Virus record (IMG/VR): IMGVR_UViG_3300047457_000500
Span: 1 to 64,000 of that record
Length of the DNA stretch: 64,000 bases
Source of the DNA: a virus
Strand: one strand, 5' to 3'
The notes beneath the pieces were generated by a model. It was not told the DNA's origin. It worked only from the letters and a program-made list of their open reading frames with translations, and did not search any database. Of the stretch, positions 50,846 to 60,516 are shown piece by piece; the stretch's first letter is position 1; each line of letters starts with the position of its first letter. A program made the position numbers and the translations under genes.

Positions 50846-51367
50846 TCATACGATGCGTGTGAACCACCTAGGAGTTGTATATCTTGTCCCCGATTCAATT
50901 GTTTTAACGCCATGAACATAGTCTGGGTTGTCTGGGAAACAAAGAAGATCTCCTGGCTTTGGCTTATAGGATATATCATACTTTGGAAAATATATGTCTC
51001 CGCCAGTATAGTCATCGTTTAAATAAACTAGAGTTGCTATATCGTTTGGTCTATTTGAGTCAAAATGCTCATGCATACCCTTGCCAGCAATAAACTTTGC
51101 TATATGTGTTTTTTCATGAAGAAAATCCTGAAACGGTCCCTCATAATTTTCTTTAACAAAATCATAAACTTTAAGAGCATACTCTTGCATTATGTCTAAT
51201 AGTTCTGAGTCTCTAGACTTTATCTCATTATATGTATGAACGGTAAACTCCTGCTCATTATTTCCATACTCTGGAAAATCATCAGAATACTTTTTTGCAT
51301 ACTCAGATATTCTTAAAGCAATATCTCTAGGCATAAATTCTTCTACATACTTAATTTTATCTATCAT
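50846..51367 (-). CDS. Prolyl-4-hydroxylase-like 2OG-Fe(II) oxygenase
   Basis: HEHFD, LVYLNDDYTGGDIYF, KPKPGDLLCFP, HGVKTIESGTRY. Confidence 0.88.
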   Translation of the reverse strand: MIDKIKYVEEFMPRDIALRISEYAKKYSDDFPEYGNNEQEFTVHTYNEIKSRDSELLDIMQEYALKVYDFVKENYEGPFQDFLHEKTHIAKFIAGKGMHEHFDSNRPNDIATLVYLNDDYTGGDIYFPKYDISYKPKPGDLLCFPDNPDYVHGVKTIESGTRYTTPRWFTRIV

Positions 51368-53397
51368 GGTTTAACCTTTATCTCACAAGCATCAGTTGTA
51401 CAGTACATTTCTCCCTGTGCCTCCAAATTTTCTGCACCGTCGTAAATAGCAGACCAATCTATCTTTTTGATTTGGCCTATATAACTATTATACTCCTCTT
51501 CAGTAATTTCTGTATATGGTTGCTGTGGGTATACAGTATTTCCCATTGGCAAAAATGAAACGGCTTTTAATTGTCCCTCATACATATGAAGTGCTGGAGC
51601 AATATGCTTTGTTTCAGTTTCTTTGTTAAATGATAGAGTTACAGACACGCCGTTATCAGACCAATATTTCTGAGCAGTAGCAGCAAGCGCAATCTTCTCA
51701 AATAATGTTACATCCTTTTCAGATCTTGAGTGACCAGAGTGTACTGGGAAATATACGACAGTTGTATTCGCAGATACAAGGTCAGCCTCCATCTTATATC
51801 CAGCAGCCTTGAATAAGTGAATCATTGGGTCGGTATTCCCAAAACGAATTGCTCTTAAGAAATAGTTTCCACCAGGTGCCCAGTGAACTCCAGGGGTTGC
51901 GCCAGAAAGAATTGATACAGACCCTGATGGTTTAACAGTTGTGACCCTAATGGAATCACGAACGCATAACCACTCAGAATACTTGTGATCATATCTACGA
52001 ATAGTTTCATATCCTTCGTCCATCCATTCACGCACAACAGGCAAACCAAATTTGTCTGAGAATGAGGCAATTCCTGTAAGTGATGTACCAATACGACGAT
52101 TACGCTGCATAATACCGTTTGTCTGTTGCCAGTGTGTTGGTATCAGCGTTACCGTCTTTCCGTATAGGTAGGCAAACTTAAGGGTGCGGAGGAAGTCTTC
52201 CTTAGACTCATGACGATTTAAATGTACCTCAACCAAGGTGCACAGTTCGTATGATTCTAATGGCTGCTCTGCACAAGGATTAAATCCCATTACACGATAA
52301 TCCTTGCCATCCGCAGTATCCTTAAGTCTGCCATAGTTTCTGGCAACATCAAGCCAAATGAATCCTGGCTCTCCATTGCTTGCGATTAGGTCTACGTAGT
52401 CTTCGTACTTTGTACCTACCGTCGCAGAAATTGAATTGTTAGACATCCATGACCAACCTGGATTTTCTGGATCAAATGAATTTCTATCTGGGAAAACATC
52501 AGCATTCTTTAGGTTCATAAAGTCTTGATCTTTAGAATCCCCTAGGGCGAGTGTTGCAGACCTTCTAACATTTCCAGATACAACACATGTACCAATAAGA
52601 TTAACTATATCTACTATTGCTCTTGAGTCAAGTGTTTCTCCTGCTCTACCGCCTATTACAGCCCTTATCTGCTTATGCAACTGGATAAGTGGTGCTGGGC
52701 CACTCGCTGTGCCACCAAACCCCTTGATAGGTGCTCCCAAAGGCCTGATAAGGTCATAGTTAAAACCTTGTATATACATATTAGGCTTTAAGAATGAATT
52801 AATGAGTAATCTAACAGACTCCACCCATCCCTCTCTGGTATCTGGGATTTCATATACTTGTTCTGGTTCTGTAGGTGTATAAATAGGCAAATGCTTGTCT
52901 GCCCCAACTGTATCAAACCCTACACCAACACCCATCATTAATGCATCCATAACCCAGGCAAACAGAGTTCCTGGATCGTTTCTGTCTATGTCTTTAGTAG
53001 ATACCATGGCGCAATTTTGCAATGCTGCTGAGTTTTTCTTTTCCATTGTAAGTGCCGTGCCAAAAGACCATAAACCTCTTCCTGGCGGTGTCCATTTTAA
53101 TTCAAATAAACGCTGATAAGCCTCTTTTGCAGAAGATTGTGCCTTATAGTCATTCCATGGTAGTCTGTTTTCTTTTGCGTGATTCTTTTGTGCCGAATAC
53201 ATACCCTCGATTACACGACGACAAACCTCATACCATCTTTCTTTAGTTCCATCTTCTTTCATGCGGGAGTAGGTTCGTATAAACGTAATCTCTCCTAATG
53301 AGTTACCGCCTGCGTCTGTAAAACCGAATGGTGGTTCCTTTGTTTTATACTCATTTATGAAATCTTCTGACAAACGAAAACTAAAAAAATCTGACAC
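51364..53397 (-). CDS. nrdJ: Class II (adenosylcobalamin-dependent) ribonucleotide reductase, monomeric type
   Basis: PPGRGLW, QNC, GNVRRSA, NPCAEQ, TTVKPSG, C-terminal CTTDAC. Confidence 0.93.
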   Translation of the reverse strand: MSDFFSFRLSEDFINEYKTKEPPFGFTDAGGNSLGEITFIRTYSRMKEDGTKERWYEVCRRVIEGMYSAQKNHAKENRLPWNDYKAQSSAKEAYQRLFELKWTPPGRGLWSFGTALTMEKKNSAALQNCAMVSTKDIDRNDPGTLFAWVMDALMMGVGVGFDTVGADKHLPIYTPTEPEQVYEIPDTREGWVESVRLLINSFLKPNMYIQGFNYDLIRPLGAPIKGFGGTASGPAPLIQLHKQIRAVIGGRAGETLDSRAIVDIVNLIGTCVVSGNVRRSATLALGDSKDQDFMNLKNADVFPDRNSFDPENPGWSWMSNNSISATVGTKYEDYVDLIASNGEPGFIWLDVARNYGRLKDTADGKDYRVMGFNPCAEQPLESYELCTLVEVHLNRHESKEDFLRTLKFAYLYGKTVTLIPTHWQQTNGIMQRNRRIGTSLTGIASFSDKFGLPVVREWMDEGYETIRRYDHKYSEWLCVRDSIRVTTVKPSGSVSILSGATPGVHWAPGGNYFLRAIRFGNTDPMIHLFKAAGYKMEADLVSANTTVVYFPVHSGHSRSEKDVTLFEKIALAATAQKYWSDNGVSVTLSFNKETETKHIAPALHMYEGQLKAVSFLPMGNTVYPQQPYTEITEEEYNSYIGQIKKIDWSAIYDGAENLEAQGEMYCTTDACEIKVKP

Positions 53398-53485
53398 CGT
53401 TATTCTCCTTAAGAATCTGTAATTACTAAAGTATACCAGAGTTTTTAATTTTACAAAACTCTTATGCTATTATTTAGGTTTATAG

Positions 53486-53614
53486 TTATTTAAAACTTAC
53501 TCTTGAATGATTTTGTGGAAAACATCTTAAACATATATCTAACTTAGCACCAGTAACTGGACATTGAGATGTTTCTATATTGTGACCTTTAAAAAAACAA
53601 ATTATCTTTTTCAT
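53486..53614 (-). CDS. Small Cys/His protein, 42 aa (not in ORF track)
   Basis: MKKIICFFKGHNIETSQCPVTGAKLDICLRCFPQNHSRVSFK; ATGA overlap with the upstream oxygenase. Confidence 0.6.
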   Translation of the reverse strand: MKKIICFFKGHNIETSQCPVTGAKLDICLRCFPQNHSRVSFK

Positions 53615-54267
53615 AAACTTATCCACAAGTCTGTAACTACGTGAGAGTTTTTTGGAGCAATATCATATGCAATTGTTATTCTTGGCTTATCCTCATACCA
53701 ATCATCTCTGCCATGGGGATGTCCTGTTTCTGATACTATTGCCCTATTGTTTTTGTTATGATTTTCAAATAAATCATTTCCATTAATTTTATAGTATGTT
53801 ATGGATGGCTCTGCATTTACACAATAGTACCCGTGAAATATCGGGGCACCCAAACCTTCTGCATGATCATGAAAAAATATGTCATTTTTTAATGGACTTA
53901 CTCCAGACGTTCCTTGTGTTTTATAATCAAGGTTATACCAACCGTGTATCATAAAATCAGATTCATCAAAACTAATACCATAATAAGTACATGCATCTTT
54001 AGTTATATTACGTAAATGATTTTTTAAATTATTAATATTTTCATTATCAAAATTAAAAATATTATAGAAGCCACCTAACTGTGTTGTAGGACCATTACTT
54101 TTATCATACTTAGATAAAACATCTTCTGGTATATTTCCAACTGAACCAGAAAGAATATCTTCTTGTTTTAATAATAAATAATTAAATAAAGAGTCTAAAT
54201 CATTATCAATAAATGATTCAAAAAATTTATGTGGTGGCTTCATTGCTATCATAACAATGGGATCCAA
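53611..54267 (-). CDS. Putative 2OG-Fe(II) oxygenase (HxH type), paralogue B
   Basis: GWYN, FHDH, FHGYY, HPH, RITIAYDI. Confidence 0.7.
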   Translation of the reverse strand: MDPIVMIAMKPPHKFFESFIDNDLDSLFNYLLLKQEDILSGSVGNIPEDVLSKYDKSNGPTTQLGGFYNIFNFDNENINNLKNHLRNITKDACTYYGISFDESDFMIHGWYNLDYKTQGTSGVSPLKNDIFFHDHAEGLGAPIFHGYYCVNAEPSITYYKINGNDLFENHNKNNRAIVSETGHPHGRDDWYEDKPRITIAYDIAPKNSHVVTDLWISL

Positions 54268-54908
54268 TGCTGTTCGGCAGCATTTGCCCTAATTAAATAT
54301 TCCAATGGAATGATGTCGTAAGCGATTGTTATTCTTGGACCTTCCCAATCCCAATCTGCCATAGCATGCTGATGACCCATTTCAGAAACAATTAATTTAT
54401 TATCAATATTATGATGATCAACTGTTTCCCCATAAACATGATAATGTGTAGTAGAAGGTTCGGCCTTTACGCTGTAATATCCGTGAAAATTAGGAGCGCC
54501 TGGTTGACCATGATCGTGCCAATCTAATTTACCCTTACCTTTATGGGTTATATTAAACCATCCCTGGACCATAAAGTTTTGTGCATTAAAATCTATATCA
54601 TAATATTCGCATGCTTCTTTGGTTGCATCTTTAACACCTTTAAAAACATTATATATTTCTTCGCTATGAAACTGAAAAACATTATATTCTCTCCACTTTA
54701 CTGTGGAAGTGCTTCCAGATTTTACCCAATACTCGTGTCCTGCAGAACCTAAAGGAGTTACGCCATCTACTTCTGCTCGTTCTATTTTTTCATATCTATC
54801 AGATAAAAAATTAGCCAATTTTGTAAGATCATTGTCTAAATGTCTCTCAAAAAACTTATGAGGCTTTGTGCCAAATTTTGGCGTTGGAGTCATGCCTTGA
54901 TTTTGCAT
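54249..54908 (-). CDS. Putative 2OG-Fe(II) oxygenase (HxH type), paralogue A
   Basis: GWFN, WHDH, FHGYY, HQH, RITIAYDI. Confidence 0.7.
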   Translation of the reverse strand: MQNQGMTPTPKFGTKPHKFFERHLDNDLTKLANFLSDRYEKIERAEVDGVTPLGSAGHEYWVKSGSTSTVKWREYNVFQFHSEEIYNVFKGVKDATKEACEYYDIDFNAQNFMVQGWFNITHKGKGKLDWHDHGQPGAPNFHGYYSVKAEPSTTHYHVYGETVDHHNIDNKLIVSEMGHQHAMADWDWEGPRITIAYDIIPLEYLIRANAAEQHWIPLL

Positions 54909-54950
54909 TTTGTCTTACCTTTCTACTGTATTACTACAGTATACCACGTT

Positions 54951-56165
54951 TTAGCCCCAAGGAGCGAAGTTAAACGCTGGTGAGAAGCCGAACACGCCGA
55001 ATGGTGAGAAGCCGAACACACCGAATGGCGAGAAGCCGAACACGCCGAATGGCGAGAAGCCGAACACGCCGAATGGTGAGAATCCGAACACACCGAATGG
55101 TGAGAAGCCGAAGACTGAGAAAGGTGCGAAGGAAAACACACCGAATGGTGAGAAGCCGAAGACTGAGAACGGCGCAAAGGAAAATACACCAAACGGAGAG
55201 AATCCAAACACAGAAAACGGAGTAAACTGAAATGTTGTAACGCTAGAAGATGCAGAAGAATAATTTCCAGCACCATTAGCATTTTCTGCACGAACTTGGT
55301 AAGTTTGAGCAGTTCCACCTTCCTGATTTACAGAAACTGATGTTCCTGCTGTTGTTCCTGACTTTCCATCAGAAGATGTCCACGTATATTGTGTAATTGC
55401 CTTACCACCAGTTGCAGGTGCTGTCCAAGATACGTTATCTGTTGTTGTACCAGCCACGTTAACTCCAGCAGAAGGTGTTGGAGACGACGCTGACGGCGCA
55501 GACGGTGTTGCTGGAACAGTTGTTACTGTGACAGCAGAAGAAGCAGCAGATGCTGCCGAAGTACCATTAGCATTTGTTGCAGTAACTGTTAATGTTGGAG
55601 TTGCTCCTGTTGCATATCCTGTTGGAGCCAACGGAGAAGAAGCACCTGTTGCTGAGTATCCTCCACCAGATACTGTATAACTTGTTATTGACTTTCCACC
55701 AGTACCATTTGCAGTAAATGCTACAGAAACAGATCCATTATCGTATGGTCGATTTGTTCCAACATCTGTGGCTGATGAAATTGATGGTGCTTGTGGAACA
55801 GTGGTAGCAGTTACAGAAGATGATGTAGTTCCACTTGATGAACCTACAGCATTGTTTGCCTTTACAGTAAATGTATAGGCTGTATTTGACGCTAAACCTT
55901 CAAATGTTGTGCTTGTTCCTGATACTGTTTTTGAATATGTAGAAGGAGTAGTAGTAATAGTATAAGATGATGCTGCAGCAGACCCTTCAGGTAAAGACCA
56001 AGACAGAGATACAGAGCCACCTACACCAGATGCTCCTGCTTCTGTCGATGCTGCTGAAGCGGCATATGGACGATTTGTACCAACATCTGTTGCTGTTACA
56101 CTTGTTACATTTTCAGGCCAGGATTGGTTTCCTGTTACCTTACCAGTTCTTTTATTAACTGCCAT
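54951..56165 (-). CDS. FN3-repeat protein with C-terminal (FxPFxVFx)10-FSPAFNFAPWG tail
   Basis: Three FN3-like units (LSWS...YTFTVKANNAVG; VTATNANG; VSWTAP...YQVRAENANG) followed by Phe-rich octamer repeats; SD AAGGAG. Confidence 0.85.
   Translation of the reverse strand: MAVNKRTGKVTGNQSWPENVTSVTATDVGTNRPYAASAASTEAGASGVGGSVSLSWSLPEGSAAASSYTITTTPSTYSKTVSGTSTTFEGLASNTAYTFTVKANNAVGSSSGTTSSSVTATTVPQAPSISSATDVGTNRPYDNGSVSVAFTANGTGGKSITSYTVSGGGYSATGASSPLAPTGYATGATPTLTVTATNANGTSAASAASSAVTVTTVPATPSAPSASSPTPSAGVNVAGTTTDNVSWTAPATGGKAITQYTWTSSDGKSGTTAGTSVSVNQEGGTAQTYQVRAENANGAGNYSSASSSVTTFQFTPFSVFGFSPFGVFSFAPFSVFGFSPFGVFSFAPFSVFGFSPFGVFGFSPFGVFGFSPFGVFGFSPFGVFGFSPFGVFGFSPAFNFAPWG
54954..55226 (-). repeat. 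Coding 24-nt tandem repeat (10 units of F-x-P-F-x-V-F-x)
   Basis: Unit TTCTCACCATTCGGCGTGTTCGGC; variation among the FSPFGVFG copies is synonymous (TCA/TCG, GGC/GGT/GGA). Confidence 0.95.
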
Positions 56166-56196
56166 TACTATTTACTCCTTCTATATTAACTTTCGA

Positions 56197-58071
56197 TTAG
56201 GCTGTGGCTAGGTCGCCAAGAAGTACCCAAGTGTCAGTTGCTCTCTTAAATAGAGTTGCAGATGACCATTGTGCTCTTAAATAAGCACCAGGAGTAGAAT
56301 TAACTACAACTCCAGATGCACCTACTATTCGTACACCGCCTGTGTTTGTACGAAGAATGTCAATTGATGTTCCAACTGGATATGCAACTGATGCATTGGT
56401 TGGAATTGTAATATCTACAGCAGTTCCACCAGTGTGAGATACTTCAATTAAAGAATCTCTTTCTGAAAGAGCAGATAATGTATATGCTGCAGTCTTTTGT
56501 GTAATTGGTGTGCGTGAAGGAACACCTTCCTTTGTCTGTGTGCCATCTGAGAAGACAACGCCAGATGAAGGGGTTACAGTTGTTGCTTCAAGTGCTGCAA
56601 CTGCAAGGTTATCAAGTGATCCCTGACCAAAGTTAACTGTTGTTGAAGGTTCTGTAGTTACACCCTTAAACAACTTCCACTTATCGTCAGATACGTCTCT
56701 AACGATACCTGAGTGCTTTGCTGCACCATCATTATATGCTACAACAAGACCAAGGTCTACGGTGTTTGCTGCATTTTGATGAGCAAGTTGAACCATATTA
56801 TCTTCAATTACGATAGATGTTGAACTTGCATTAAATGTTGTACCATTAACAGTTAAGTTTCCGTCAACTGTAAGGTTTTGATCAATTTCTACTGAACCCG
56901 TAAATGTTGCACCAGATAATGAAGCCTTTGCATCAAGTGCTGTCTGTGTAGCAGTTGATACTGGCTTGTCTGCATCTGCTGTATTATCAACATTTGCAAG
57001 ACCAACCATAGCCTTTGTAACTCCAGATACTGTTCCAGTAAATGTTGGTGATGCTAATGGTGCCTTAAGATCAAGAGCAGACTGTGTTGCAGTTGAAATT
57101 GGCTTGTTAGCATCTGATGTGTTATCAACATTTGCAAGTCCTACTGAAGACTTTGTTAAGGCTCCTACTGCTGTTGAAACTGCATTGTCAGCGTATGTTT
57201 TTGTAGCAAGTGCTGCTGTATCTGCAATTCCATGTACGTTTGTAGTTGCTACATTATGAGCAGTTAAGTCTGCTGTAGCAGATAAGCCTACTGCTGAGGC
57301 TGCGTTATCTGCATATGTCTTTGTAGCAAGTGCTGATGTGTCTGGAATTCCATGAACGTCTGCTGTATCAGAACTGTGATTTCCTACTGCTGTGCTAATT
57401 GCATCGTTTCTATCAGAAACCTCAGTAGTAATTGCTGTATCGATTGCCAAGTTTCTATCAGAAACTTCTGTTGCAATTTCATTTCCTATAGCAGCATCTC
57501 TATCTAAAACTTCTTGAGCAATAGCATTATCGATTGCTAAATCTCTAGCAGAAACTTCTAAAGCAATTGCATCTGAAACTGCAGTATTACGATCTAATAC
57601 TTCTTGTGCGATAGCATCAGAAATTGCATCTGCACGATTTAAAACTTCTTGCCCTATGGCATCAGAAATTGCATCATTTCTATTATTTACTTCTAATGAA
57701 ATTGCTTCATTTACTGAGTTTGATAGATCTACTTGATATACAAGGTTTGCTGTATTAGAGATTCCATGTACGCTTGTTGTTTCGTCATTGTGATCTTCTA
57801 TATACTGAGTTAACTCTGCATCTAATGCCACACCCTGTGGTATTAATGCGATATCGATCATACCTTGTGCATTAAGCGTTACTAATCCGCCAACTCCATC
57901 AAGGCCATCTAAATTTTTAAAGTAAGAGAGAGCAGACCATGCCGAAGACCCGTTTCCAATTTTGAACTGGTTGGTATCGGTTTCAAATCCGATTTCTCCT
58001 GCTGCTAAAGTTGGATTCGCTGCAATCCATTGTGCTGCAGTTCCTCTGCGTTGCTGCATTCTTGTTGCCAT
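56197..58071 (-). CDS. Tail fibre (Mtd/hyaluronidase-like N-terminus, coiled-coil repeats, C-terminal DTWVLxGDL domain)
   Basis: QRRGTAAQW..ANPTLAAGEIGFETDT..FKIGNG; ~15-aa DAIAQEVLDR repeats; VGLANVDNT.D..KP.STATQ x2. Confidence 0.8.
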   Translation of the reverse strand: MATRMQQRRGTAAQWIAANPTLAAGEIGFETDTNQFKIGNGSSAWSALSYFKNLDGLDGVGGLVTLNAQGMIDIALIPQGVALDAELTQYIEDHNDETTSVHGISNTANLVYQVDLSNSVNEAISLEVNNRNDAISDAIGQEVLNRADAISDAIAQEVLDRNTAVSDAIALEVSARDLAIDNAIAQEVLDRDAAIGNEIATEVSDRNLAIDTAITTEVSDRNDAISTAVGNHSSDTADVHGIPDTSALATKTYADNAASAVGLSATADLTAHNVATTNVHGIADTAALATKTYADNAVSTAVGALTKSSVGLANVDNTSDANKPISTATQSALDLKAPLASPTFTGTVSGVTKAMVGLANVDNTADADKPVSTATQTALDAKASLSGATFTGSVEIDQNLTVDGNLTVNGTTFNASSTSIVIEDNMVQLAHQNAANTVDLGLVVAYNDGAAKHSGIVRDVSDDKWKLFKGVTTEPSTTVNFGQGSLDNLAVAALEATTVTPSSGVVFSDGTQTKEGVPSRTPITQKTAAYTLSALSERDSLIEVSHTGGTAVDITIPTNASVAYPVGTSIDILRTNTGGVRIVGASGVVVNSTPGAYLRAQWSSATLFKRATDTWVLLGDLATA

Positions 58072-58135
58072 ATTTTATTCTCTCCTTATGGTATTTCTAC
58101 CAGTTTATTTCTGTGCCAATTATAACATCAATTTT

Positions 58136-58591
58136 TTAATTGAAATTATCTACAGCACTACCTCCATCGAATACCAAAGTCCATTCAGTTGTTGATGGTC
58201 CTCCAGCATCCAAACCTACACCCTGTGGGCTATTAAATGATGCTCCATCGTAGAACTGCGACACTATGAAGCCAGTTCCATCGATTGCTGTATCGTGAAT
58301 ATGCTGTGGAAGGTTTTGTGTATCATCTATCGTTGCTTGTGTATACCAAACACCGTTATAATAAAAGTTAACTCTATTGGTTAACGTATCCAACCACTGT
58401 GTTCCATTTGATGGTGAAGAGGGAGGGGTAGTCCCGACAGCCATTGATCCAGTCAATGAGTCTACATACTGCTTAGTTGCTGCATGATTATTATCTGTAG
58501 GTGTTCCTACTACTACAGCACCTCCAAAACTACCGCCATTTGTGACGACTAGTCCGTTCTTGACTTTAAAATCTTTATCTACTGTTGCCAA
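58136..58591 (-). CDS. Virion appendage protein
   Basis: N-terminus MATVDKDFKVKNGL shared with the neighbouring fibre; HAATKQYVD fibre motif. Confidence 0.6.
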   Translation of the reverse strand: MATVDKDFKVKNGLVVTNGGSFGGAVVVGTPTDNNHAATKQYVDSLTGSMAVGTTPPSSPSNGTQWLDTLTNRVNFYYNGVWYTQATIDDTQNLPQHIHDTAIDGTGFIVSQFYDGASFNSPQGVGLDAGGPSTTEWTLVFDGGSAVDNFN

Positions 58592-58620
58592 GATCTACCA
58601 CTCCCTTTTCATTTATTTTT

Positions 58621-60501
58621 TTACTTTAAAAGCGTTCCAACAACAGCAACTGTTGAGTTGTTATTATCGGTTGTAACACGAAGACGAACATCGTCTCCAG
58701 ATACGTCTGCTGAAACTGATCCAAGTGAACCATTTGTTCCAACCATTGCGTATTCTGTAATAGCGACGTTGTCTGATGTATCAAGTGTTAAGATAACTTT
58801 TGAAACCTCTGTATGTGTTCCGTTTGCAATCTTAACAAGGAATTCAGCAGAACGGAAGTCTGCCTTAGTCCATGAAACTGCTGTGCTTGTGCTTGCAGTT
58901 GCGACAGTTGCCTGTGCTGCTACCTGCTTTGCTACAGAAGCAATATCTACTGCAGGGAAGTCTGGAGTAACTGCTTCAAGAGCAGAAACTGCACGAGCAT
59001 CTGTAAAGTATAGATTTGTTGTTCCTTCTGCAAGATCGTCTGTATCAGAATCTGCAACACCGTTTTCTGCAGTGATTGTTAGATTATCTGATCCATCCTT
59101 TGTAATTATGATATTTGTCTTCGTTGCATTTGCAAGAAGTGTTGCTGCCTCTGCCTTAGCACGAGCAGCAGTGTAGTAAAGGTTTGTACCTTCTTCAATG
59201 TCTGTTGTGGTAAGTGCATTGATTGCATTATTAATTGCAGCATTACGATCAGTTACTTCGTCAGCAACCAATCCGTCTGCATAAACCTTTGCATTTTGTT
59301 CTGCAGTAAGTGCTACACCATCAGCATAATTTTCATATGCAGAGGTAATTGCAATTTCACGAGCATCTGTATGAGCAATTGCTGCATCTTCTGCTGCGTC
59401 TGCCTTAGCCTGTGAACCAACAACAGTTTCGGTTACTGCTGTATCAATTTCAAATGTTGTTCCATCAAGTGTTAAACCGTTTCCAGCAAGGTATGTACCT
59501 TGACCTGAGAACTGTGTCCAATCTTGACCAGCAAAAGATGCTAAGTAATGATCAGACTGTACCCATGCTGTTGATGCATAGTTATTGCCTTCCATTACGA
59601 AGACTGCTGCTCCTACTAATTCAGAGAAAGCGTCTGCATCTGCTGGGCGTGAAGCAACAAGTGTTGCTCCAGAAGCAGAAAGTTCCCAGATACCATTTTC
59701 AGAATCAGTTGTTTGTCCTGTAAGAAGCAAACGATATCCAGCATCATTAATATCAAGTGGTGCGTGACCATCAATTACTGCACCTACAAAATCTCCTGCT
59801 ACATTTACGTTAGATGTTGCAAGAAGATTTACTGCTGCCTTCCAGTTAAGACCAGATGAGAGACCATCTGCATATGCCTTAGCATTATTTTCTGCAGTAA
59901 GTGCTGCTGCATCTGCATAGTTGTTTGAACGAGTTACCTCAGCAGCAATTTCATCATCTGTGTAAGAGTTGGCATCTGCAAGTGCTGCATTAGCCTTTGT
60001 TGTAGCATCTGATGCTGCATCTGCAATTGCATCATTCTTAGCAAGAAGAATTGCTGCATCACGAGCAATTACTTCGTCAGAGATTTCTCCGTCTGTGTAT
60101 TGCTGTGCTGCAAGAATTGCATCTGCCTCAGCATCTGCTGCTGCACCAATTGTATCCCACAAACCAGTGTTTGCAGTTACTGCTCTTGCATCTGTAAAAT
60201 ATTTATTTGATGCACCTTCTGAAAGGTCATCTGTATCATGGTTTGAAAGTGAAGAAACTGTACCAGTTACATCACCAACAAGGTCTGCTGTTATTGTTCC
60301 AGCAGCAAAGTTGCCTGAGCCATCACGCTTTACAACTGTGTTTGGTGTATTTGCTGAATCTGAGGATCCACCAATGAGACCAATAATATAATCTTGGTCG
60401 TCTTCCTTCTTTGTAAGAATGTCAAAATTGTCGATGGTACCTGTTGTGCCTTCAACAATAAGACCATGCTTTACTTTAAAGTCTTTATTTACTGTTGCCA
60501 T
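58621..60501 (-). CDS. Tail fibre-like protein
   Basis: T.D..EG..N.Y.T.ARA x3, Ala-rich coiled coil, RLLLTGQT..ENGIW fibre domain. Confidence 0.75.
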   Translation of the reverse strand: MATVNKDFKVKHGLIVEGTTGTIDNFDILTKKEDDQDYIIGLIGGSSDSANTPNTVVKRDGSGNFAAGTITADLVGDVTGTVSSLSNHDTDDLSEGASNKYFTDARAVTANTGLWDTIGAAADAEADAILAAQQYTDGEISDEVIARDAAILLAKNDAIADAASDATTKANAALADANSYTDDEIAAEVTRSNNYADAAALTAENNAKAYADGLSSGLNWKAAVNLLATSNVNVAGDFVGAVIDGHAPLDINDAGYRLLLTGQTTDSENGIWELSASGATLVASRPADADAFSELVGAAVFVMEGNNYASTAWVQSDHYLASFAGQDWTQFSGQGTYLAGNGLTLDGTTFEIDTAVTETVVGSQAKADAAEDAAIAHTDAREIAITSAYENYADGVALTAEQNAKVYADGLVADEVTDRNAAINNAINALTTTDIEEGTNLYYTAARAKAEAATLLANATKTNIIITKDGSDNLTITAENGVADSDTDDLAEGTTNLYFTDARAVSALEAVTPDFPAVDIASVAKQVAAQATVATASTSTAVSWTKADFRSAEFLVKIANGTHTEVSKVILTLDTSDNVAITEYAMVGTNGSLGSVSADVSGDDVRLRVTTDNNNSTVAVVGTLLK

Positions 60502-60516
60502 TTATTATCTCCTTGT

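Noticed and set aside
53514-53627. Two isolated DnaA-box matches upstream of nrdJ (53514, 53619)
   Set aside because: Both lie inside coding sequence about 100 bp apart; compatible with chance in AT-rich DNA.
54954-55226. 24-nt repeat array as a CRISPR array
   Set aside because: Units are contiguous with no unique spacers and vary at synonymous codon positions; the array is coding.
54923-55318. His/Cys-rich alternative-frame ORF (ASHHSACS repeats) and plus-strand 54980..55225
   Set aside because: Shadows of the repeat. Substitutions are silent in the FSPFGVFG frame but change residues in these frames; no RBS.
56197-58071. Diversity-generating retroelement suggested by the Mtd-like N-terminus and the two similar repeat regions
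   Set aside because: No reverse transcriptase in the window, and the two arrays differ at synonymous sites of all base types rather than adenine-specifically.
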